In this document: positions 53,037-64,000 of the stretch, in pieces
How the letters are laid out: each line of letters opens with the position of its first letter
Position numbering within the stretch: the first letter of the stretch is position 1
Assembly (NCBI RefSeq): GCF_006345805.1
Contig: NC_043010.1
Location: forward strand, 54,808,001 to 54,872,000
Length of the DNA stretch: 64,000 nucleotides
Reading direction: 5' to 3'
Source of the DNA: Octopus sinensis
Taxonomy: Eukaryota
Program-made: the position numbers and the translations under genes
Notes under the pieces: model-generated
What the model was told of the DNA's origin: nothing
Databases searched by the model: none
What the model saw: only the letters and a program-made list of their open reading frames with translations

Positions 53037-53059
53037 TATAACATTCAATTTTTAAACAT

Positions 53060-53141
53060 GACGGGTAGTCATGTTGGGTATACTGGGCTCCGTATATTTT
53101 AACCCAGCGTCACTTGGATGTCATGCACTGCTCTCTCACTC

Positions 53142-53184
<43 letters not shown>

Positions 53185-53218
53185 TAATAATAATAATGAT
53201 AATAATAATAAAAATATA

Positions 53219-53250
<32 letters not shown>
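53060..53250 (+). mobile_element. Element D 3' fragment plus (AAT)n tail
   Basis: GACGGGTAGTCATG...CATGCACTGCTCTCTCACTC followed by (AAT)n. Confidence 0.8.
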
Positions 53251-53326
53251 TATGTGTTTATGTATGCATATGAACCCATATATATAAATATATATACATA
53301 CATTTATATATGTGTATATATATATA

Positions 53327-53357
<31 letters not shown>

Positions 53358-54247
53358 CTATATCCATATATAAGTTCATACACACACACATCTAAATATA
53401 TACACATATACACATGTCGTATGTATATACAGCTGCACATATTTATATATATTGCTTATGTGTAATCAGACGCACTCTCATCTTTGTAAAGACAGGATAT
53501 CACCACTATAACAATATCGCAGAATTGATCGACCAATATTAACATGACGTTCAACTGTTTCTAGGAATTCAGTGTACGGGAAATTAACTTGCATATAACA
53601 ACACCTAATTTCCGAATGTTAAGTCACAATGATACACGAAACATCTAGTCCTGCGTTTAGAGCATATTATCACATGATATACACTATGCGATATCCAGCG
53701 CTGTCAGACTTAGTTATGTAAAGTAATAGCCAGCCGTTGCAATAAGGTCGGTATCTTGTTAATCTCATGGTTAGTGCTGCAACGTAATCGGATCACTAGA
53801 GGTTTGTACAAAATATCAACAATAACAACGACAAGCGCATTCATAACTGGCAATGAAGGCAACAACAAACACAACATCAATAACACGTAACGTAGGACGT
53901 TATCTCCTCCTCCACGATACGTACACCACACACCGTTTTTCTGAGAACTGTGTGTAGGTTGTCATTATATCAGATATAATCAATATGAAATCGTAGATCC
54001 TATTTGGTAACGTATCATTTTAGAGTCTGAAGAAAAGCGTAATATTCCATTGGGTAATTGGTCTCAGCATCTTAAATTGGACATATAGCAGATACTATAG
54101 ACGTAAATGTTTGCGCAATAAATTACACAGAACCATAGCAGATATGAGACGTTATATATAAATATAAATAAATATATTATCATATGCATATGTATGTGAG
54201 TTAGTGTAAGCATATATATGTACACACGCACACGCACACACACACAC

Positions 54248-54295
<48 letters not shown>

Positions 54296-54437
54296 TACAG
54301 AGTTACAAGTTAAAAATAGGATAAAATCTTTATAAAATTTTATCAAGTACTTGATAAATTCTTATACAGATTTTATCCTATTTTTAAATTGTGTATGTAT
54401 ACATATATACATACATACAACATATATATATATTATA

Positions 54438-54506
<69 letters not shown>

Positions 54507-54511
54507 ATAAA

Positions 54512-54662
54512 GAGTACAGCGGGGTTCACACCCCCAAGCCGGAGCCTCGTGGAGATGAGGTGTTTTTTTCTCAATAAATATTCAATGCCCGGTCTGGGAA
54601 TCGAAACCACGTTCTTACGACTTCGTGTCCGCTGCCCTAACCACTGGGCCATTGCGCCTCCA
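54512..54662 (-). mobile_element. SINE family C head fragment
   Basis: CCCGGTCTGGGAATCGAAACC...CCACTGGGCCATTGCGCCTCC. Confidence 0.85.
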
Positions 54663-55000
54663 CACTTGTTGCTATTGTTAAGGCGGCTGTCACCTGGCAG
54701 GATCGTTATTATTCAGGATACAGTGCGTAGTGAAATTCCTTCTCTTTTAATTTTTGAATTCATATTCCGCCTAGGTAGACTTTTCCTTGAACCGTTCGGT
54801 AATGATAATGTACCAATCGAATACAGGGACCGATCTCAACTAATTCATTTCGACCGCCGACCTAGTGTTGGGGGCACAAATTGTTATCATCGATGCCCTT
54901 CTTAAAGCAATTGCAGATCATGTTGGTTTAGTAGAGTGTGATTTTGGAGATGATGCCGTGAAGAATATTTTAAGGTAGAAATATTAATATTTCTGAATCC
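54663..55000. repeat. Inverted local duplication, copy 2
   Basis: See 52120-52468. Confidence 0.85.
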
Positions 55001-55811
55001 CTCTACTACGGCAGCAGTACTGGATGTTAATAATTATAGCCAAGCTAACATGGCAGTCCAGGAAAGTAGGACGATTGCTGCCGTTGATTAGCTCCAAGTG
55101 GCCATCGCCTCTAGCGAGCTATACGAAACCTGTGTCCATTACAAACTGTGAGCAAGGGAGGTCAGCGGTTTCCTCTTGCTGGTTCAACATTCACAGACTT
55201 GTTTCGGGGTATTTGTCCCTTTTCAACATTCTGGAATAGGAGAAAGATTCAACAAATGATATTTATATCCAAAGAATTTATCATCGACGCTTTACTCTAA
55301 CTAGCTTAAAGGAGGAAGGAAGTGTTAATAACATTTTTGCAGCCATTAGTCTGGTCCTAGCATTCAACGCGGCAATAGTCGTATCTAATAAGTGTGTTGG
55401 GCTCAAGTGCACATCGCACAAGAACGCTACAAAAATCTCTGGCCTTAATACTGTTCATCATTCATTAATCAATAAATTTAGAAGTTGCTACAATAAAGCA
55501 TATTACAAGGTACCAACGATGGTCTCTTAAACGGAACATTTCCAGTGTTCTAACACCAGTTACTCTCTGTAAAATGAAAACGACGAATACAAATCGAATA
55601 TCACGTCTGATTGATATTGGTCACAAAATTGAATCTACTATAGTACACGAAGAATAAGGTTAGAAACTTAGATAGAACCTAAATATGTGAGGCAGTTGAG
55701 GAAGTATCGACATCAAAAGTAGAAGTAAACATGAGATGGATCTATAATGCATCACGAACGATGGAAAAACAAACAAAAGAATGCGCGTGTCCATTACAGT
55801 AGGGTAGCTAG

Positions 55812-56228
55812 GGCGGCAAGCTGGCAGGAACGTTAGCACACCGGGCAAAATGCTTAGCGGTATTTCGTCTGCCGTTACGTTGCGAGTTCCAATTCCGCCG
55901 AGGTCGACTTTGCCTTTCATCCTTTCGGGGTCGATTAAATAAATCCCATTTACGCACTGGGGTCGATGTAATCGACTTAATCCGTTTGTCTGTCCTTGTT
56001 TGTCCTCTCTGTATTTAGGCCCTTGTGGATAGTAAAAAAAATAGGTATTTCCTCTGCCGCTACGTTCTGAGTTCAAATTCCGCCGAGGTCGACTTTGCCT
56101 TACATCCATTCGGGATCGAATAAATAACTACCAGTTACGCACTGGGGTCGATGTAATCGACTTAATCCCTTTGTCTGTCCTTATTTTTCCCCTCTACGTT
56201 TAGCCCCTTGTGGGCAATAAAGAAATAA
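55812..56228 (+). mobile_element. SINE family B head-to-tail dimer
   Basis: Same junction (GTAAAAAAAATAGGTATTTCCTCT) as the dimer at 22188-22608. Confidence 0.85.
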
Positions 56229-57658
56229 ATATATTCAGAATAAAATGACTGTGATTATGTACATCACTCATCACTGCGCTGTTCCATGGTCTAGGTATGT
56301 ACCTCTCCCTGCTGGTCTGTAAAATGTTAGATTAGTGTTTCAGCGAGCCAATTCACCAGGTAACGAAATATCATACTATTCATATGACTAGAGAGCAATT
56401 AGCTGGTAACGATAGCCTCTATTACTACACCTGCGATTATATTGTTTACAACACGTCAATCACACAAACAAACCACGCTATATTGAACCACAGAGTAATC
56501 TTTCCCTTCAAATTAAACTGAAACATACCACACGATGTACTTAACAACCCATACTACAGTACATTACACTTCAGTGAACGCTAACGACATTTCGAAATGT
56601 AACTTCCGTTTAACAGCTCACATTCCAATCGACAATTGATTGCTATGGCCGGCCATCTTTGATTGCTATATCTTTGGGAGAAAACGTTGTTGTCTTTGTT
56701 TTTCCTTCAGTTATTTTGTTTTACTTGTAACTTGTTTATATGATTTATTATTTTATCTTTTTCTTTCTATCGTTCCTTTCATTTACATTAAACTAACGAG
56801 GAGAGATAGAGTGCGGTTTGGCAGTAATCAACACTTACTAACAAGTACATTAGCATTTCTGTAACAAGGTTTTAATATGCAAGACTCAAGTCGTCATGTG
56901 TTTAAACACATGACAAACACACATTCATGTATACACACATTCATGTATACACACACACATTCCACTGTTACTCTCATGAATTTGTATTAAAACATGAACA
57001 CACATAAAAGCATATTTCGTACATGGAAATATGCGAGCAAAAGCAAAAAACAAAATGAACGAATCGATAAGTTATCACGTTCAAAAGTTCGCTTTTTCAG
57101 CATTCGTTATTGCCTTCGAATTCTTACTCTTTATCCTAAAAACATACATAAAGAAACAACACAGCAAGAAATTAAGACTGGCGCATATACACTATTCTAC
57201 ATATTGAGAGTCTTCCACAGATGAACACTGTAGTGAACACTAGCGATCCTAATGACGCACTAACACATATACAGAAGAAGCTGGATATAAATTTAAACTG
57301 GCATTAATATATGTACACAAGTGAGGAAGCATATTCAAATACACACGAAACGATATGAGAAATCAGTTATATTTACACTCATTCAGTTACTTAACCAGAG
57401 ATGTCTTTGCTTACGTAAATGATTATTGCAGTCGTGAAGCACATACCAATGGGTATAAGCTTATCTATACATTATATACGTATATATGCAGAACAGAGTA
57501 CCACACCTACAACTCCCACACACTCACACACAAAAATATGTGTATATAATTATTCATAGACTTATATAAAAGTGCATGGTGTGAATATGTATATGTGATA
57601 TATATACATACATATATATATATATATATATAATAATATATATATGTATATATACAAC

Positions 57659-57708
<50 letters not shown>

Positions 57709-57804
57709 AGATATATATATAATATATATATATATATTATAGATATATATGTATGTGTATATATATATACATATATATATATATACAGAAATGCATAAAT
57801 AGAT

Positions 57805-57841
<37 letters not shown>

Positions 57842-58336
57842 GTCAGTGTGTCGGTCTCTCTCTCTCTCGCTTTCTCTCTCTCTCTATATATATATATACA
57901 CATTTATACACATATATACACATAATCGGCAATTGCAGTTTATTTCTGATGATCACCCTTAATGCCTATGTGATAATAACGAGAAAAAATAACATCGTCA
58001 TCTGCAAAAAAAAATAAACCCAGGTGTAAACCATTTAATGACTTTAGTGGGATATACATTGATGTTTTTATAGCCGTGTGTGTGTATGTGTGTGTGTGTG
58101 TGAGAGTTTGTCTGTTTGCCTGACACTATAGGTTTGATACTCTAAATGATCCCATAGGCCGAGCGCATAAAATAGTTATTTGGTATATGAGGCAGAGGAA
58201 ATGAGATGGACATTTAAAAGAAGATATTTGAGAAAGAAACAACGACGTCAGGAACAGTGAGAGAGTAATAGCGATGGAGAGAGACAGAGAAAAGATTGAT
58301 AGATAGATATACAGATAGATAGATAGATAGATAGAA

Positions 58337-58371
<35 letters not shown>

Positions 58372-58393
58372 AGAGAGAGAGAGAGAGAGAGAG

Positions 58394-58428
<35 letters not shown>

Positions 58429-58617
58429 CATATAAATAAATAAATAAATATATATATATATTTATATATATATATATAGAGAGAGAGAGACAGACAGACA
58501 GACAGATACATAGACATACATATAGAAAGAAAGAAAGATATATAGATAGATAGATTGTTAGATAGATAGATAGATAGATAGATAGATATATAGATAGATA
58601 GATAGATAGATAAATAT

Positions 58618-58717
<100 letters not shown>

Positions 58718-58891
58718 GTGAACAGTGAATGACATAAAGAGAGTAATGATGAATAGAAAAGTTAGGTGAACGTCTGTGAGACTGCGCAGGAAAAATTGTA
58801 GATTGATCATGTAAAAAGATACAGAAAGAATGTCCTTGAAATGTGGACATTTGATGTGATTTAGACAAAATCAAGATTGTCCATTAGAGAG

Positions 58892-58937
<46 letters not shown>

Positions 58938-59228
58938 GATAGATATATATTAAGATATAAATGGCGGTTTTCCATGACTGACGTGCAAGGCAGTGCTATA
59001 GATAGAAAGTAGCAAAATGAGTGAGAGTTAAGGCTGACAGAGAAGCAGAAATTGTCGAGACTGTTATTGTGAAATACGCGTAATTTAGAAATAAATACTA
59101 TGAGATTAAGAGAAGAGTAGACGTTGAATAGGAATGGTTGGTTATGAATAAAATGCTGTCTGTGTAAGAGAATAATAAGAATAATAAAGGTGTTATGTGA
59201 GCTGGAGAGAAGAAGATATAAGTGTGTC

Positions 59229-59278
<50 letters not shown>

Positions 59279-59825
59279 GCCCTGCTGCAGTACCAGGCAG
59301 TGGCTCTCATTGCTTCTGATCTTAACTGATTGGAAGTGTTATCATGTACATTGTTTTGTCTCGGCATGGGCTATAGCAAATATTCTGCTCAATACCACAG
59401 ATTTGCTTGTCAATTGTTTGACCTTAACCAGTTGAGCATGTCCCTTAGTGGCTGACGATATGTGCATCTCTGATCACGAACAGAAGTAGTGGGGGAGCAT
59501 AATAGCCATGCGTTGAGAGAGATTCTTTGGGGTTTGAATAATTCACCTCTGGAAACATGGGTGGTTCTTTCAACATCCTTAAACAAACCTTATTCAGGGA
59601 CCTTTTGAGCAGGATGGGCTACACAACCTGAAGAAAATTGTAACTGGGCCCCACCTGCAAGGTCATGTGCTGTTTATCTTGATATGAGATCACCATGTCG
59701 CACACATATGGTTGTGATGCATGTGCCTGGTGTACCTTTATCAGACGGGTAGTCATGATGGGTATATTGGGCTACGTATATTTTACCCCAGTGTCACTTT
59801 GATGGCATGAACTGCTCTCACACTC
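59279..59825 (+). mobile_element. Element D, full length, (AAT)n on both sides
   Basis: (AAT)n at 59232-59276, GCCCTGCTGCAGTACCAGGCAG...GAACTGCTCTCACACTC, then (AAT)n. Confidence 0.85.
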
Positions 59826-59867
59826 AATAATAATAATAATAATAATAGTAATAATAATAATAATGAA

Positions 59868-60265
59868 ATTATTGTATACAGTGCTCAGGTGCACCACAAC
59901 TTGAAAAAGTGCGTATAAAGCATATGTATCAAAGTACAAATGTGTGGGCAGTGAACAGTGTATGAGACAGATACATGCTTGCGTGTGTATGCAGGGGAGA
60001 AAATCAGGTGTAGTGTTGGCGAATCTCAGGGAGCATGGAATTTTTGAAGGATGCAATGCTCCGACAACTAACAATTGATGCCGGCAGTTTGTTCCATACT
60101 TCAGCAAGTCTTAGCGTGAAAAAATGTTTCCGAAAGTCATGGGAGCTGTGCTGTTTTCTGTCTTTGTAAACATGTGCACAGGTGTTAGACTGGTGGAGTT
60201 TGAAAAGGTGCTCTGAGTTATTGTTAGTAAGATGGTTAATAATTTTATGGGTGTCTGCCAGACGT
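59868..60265 (-). mobile_element. CR1/L2-type LINE 3' end
   Basis: ADTHKIINHL...FRKHFFTLRLAEVWNKLPASIVSCRSIASFK: the typical R..FF..RV...WN.LP...V......FK C-terminus; its 3' UTR runs into the AAT array. Confidence 0.8.
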
Positions 60266-60566
60266 GGTCAGTTAATGTGTATGAGTTTACGTGTTGGGGG
60301 AGGGTTTTGCGAGTTTGTCTTTACGAATCACGATAGGAATAGTTGCATTGTGCAGATAGATATATAGATTAGGAGGGTGAAAGGGAGAGAGAGGGGGGAG
60401 GGACAGAGAAATAAAAGAGAGAGAGAGAGAGAGAGAGAGGGGGCATATATAGATTATTCCCAGCTCGCTCACCCATATTAAAAAATTCAAACGAGCAAAA
60501 AGTCATTTGTTTCACGCAAAGAAAGTCGTCATACGACACGGACATGAACATATATATCTGTGTGTT

Positions 60567-60629
<63 letters not shown>

Positions 60630-60697
60630 GTTAAGTGAAATGAGATAATAAACCAAGGCAGTGTGAAGTTTCTAGCATATTTATAATGAGAAAGGTA

Positions 60698-60745
60698 GTG
60701 TTGCAGCTGTTTGGGGGATATAAAAGATATCCCATCTTCAGAGAC
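60698..60745 (-). ncRNA. Decayed hammerhead ribozyme motif
   Basis: GUCU-CUGAAGA-U-GGGAUAU/CUUUU/AUAUCCC-C-CAAACAGCUGCA-ACAC: intact 5' core, 7-bp stem II and palindromic stem III (CAGCUG), but G12 and U16.1 are mutated. Confidence 0.5.
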
Positions 60746-60919
60746 GATATAAGAGAGTTAAAAAGAAGGAAATAATAAATTTCAACATTAGAAGTTAGTT
60801 TGGAAAGGGAACGATATGGGACGTATAGAGGGAAATATGAAAATAAAAATATATGTTGGATGTTAAAATTGCTGTTTCATTTTCCGAGGAATGTGCTCTG
60901 TAGAATGGGTATGTGTGTG

Positions 60920-61301
60920 TGGAAGCACTCCGCCGATTACGACGATGAGGGTTCCGGTTGATCCGATCAACGGAACAGCCTGCTCGTGAAATTAACGTGT
61001 AAGTGGCTGAGCACTATCCAGACACGTGTACCCTTAACGTAGTTCTCGGGGATATTCAGCGTGACACAGAGAGTGACAAGGCCGGCCCTTTGAAATACAG
61101 GTACAACAGAAACAGGAAGTAAGAGTGTGAGAAAGTTGTGGTGAAAGAGTACAGCAGGGATCACCACCATCCCCTGCCGGATCCTCGTGGAGCTTTAGGT
61201 GTTTTCGCTCAGAAAACACTAACAACGACCGGTCTGGGAATCGAAACCGCGATCCTACGACCGCGAGTCCGCTGCCCTAACCACTGTGCCATTGCGCCTC
61301 C
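60920..61301 (-). mobile_element. SINE family C, tail type 1, full length
   Basis: Closely similar to 12436-12804. Confidence 0.9.
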
Positions 61302-61302
61302 G

Positions 61303-63200
<1,898 letters not shown>

Positions 63201-63230
63201 AGGAAGCAAGAACATAAATTGAATGAGTAA

Positions 63231-63624
63231 TCTATATATATAAAGCTGAAGTTGTCTGTGTGTGGCAAGTTTGGTAGCCTTCAACTAACACTATCTCCTC
63301 CGAGACCCTGCGGCGCAAGTTGACCAGAATTGAGGGTATGATAGAAGAAGGCTTGCTCTTCCTTCCGTAGGAGAAAAAATTCAAATCGGACCATGTTAAC
63401 ACAAAAAATTACTTACATCAAAAAGGTGTTTGTTTTCTATGAAAATCCCTATTTTTTACGATTTGTTTTACTGCTGTGTAGCAATGTTTCGGTGTATTTC
63501 AACCAGAAAAATGTTCACTTAAAGAAAAGTGAACATAACTACAAAATGAAAAATGTTTACTTTTCAAAGATTCCAATTCTAAAGGGTCGAAATAAACCCG
63601 AGCAACGCCGGGCGATACCGCTAG
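63231..63624 (+). mobile_element. Non-autonomous Helitron, second family with the same termini
   Basis: A|TCTATATATATAAAGCTGAAG...ACCCGAGCAACGCCGGGCGATACCGCTAG|T; internal sequence unrelated to the 10734/46439 family. Confidence 0.9.
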
Positions 63625-64000
63625 TAAACGTATAAAATTGAAAACACAACTTATCAGTTTGCCACTCACAATTCTTTCATTTGCCGTTAACAATTCTTAT
63701 GATTGCTGCTTACAAAGTTTTGAGGTGAAGAATACTGATTCGAGATGCAGGGTGGCGAACTTAGAAATGGATAAGTAAAATATGGAGAAATCCCAAAGCT
63801 CTGTTCTTATATCAACCTGGGAACGTCATATTTCGCTTCCAATCTTACATTTAATATCTATTGGTAAAACCACAAATATAACTAGAATACTTGAAAAAAA
63901 AAGAAAAAAACAAGTAGAAACCCTTTATATTCCATACAAGATATATAATCCAAAACAAGCATGGAAAAACACAGGCCTATTGTAAAACAGTCAAACTGAA

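Noticed and set aside
63749-63770. CAGGGTGGCGAAC as a possible hAT terminal inverted repeat
   Set aside because: Wrong orientation for the minus-strand hAT relic and no partner TIR in the window.

Overview
Very AT-rich, repeat-saturated eukaryotic DNA. The SINE families and the dense (TA)n/(CA)n/(GATA)n/(AAT)n microsatellites strongly suggest an octopus genome (inference from repeat content). I found no intact host gene; most ORFs in the supplied track are translated microsatellites. Coding-derived sequence I can support is transposon-derived: a Penelope-like RT relic (~985-1600), four R4/Dong-type RLE-LINE 3' ends tied to (AAT)n arrays, a Helitron Rep/Hel relic split by a non-autonomous Helitron, two internally deleted mariners, two CR1/L2-type LINE pieces (one with a 320-aa open RT half) and a hAT transposase relic. 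There are about 30 tRNA-derived SINE copies. Most notable: (1) two complete minimal hammerhead ribozymes plus variant or decayed ones, two of which sit at the apex of long inverted repeats; (2) (AAT)n arrays acting as landing pads that stack several retroelements, including a ~550-bp non-coding element with defined ends; (3) precise nested insertions whose empty sites can be rebuilt; (4) locally duplicated unique segments with disabled exon-like sequences; (5) two near-perfect tandem duplications that may be real or assembly artefacts. All alignments and folds were done by eye; SINE coordinates are approximate (about +/-10 nt).
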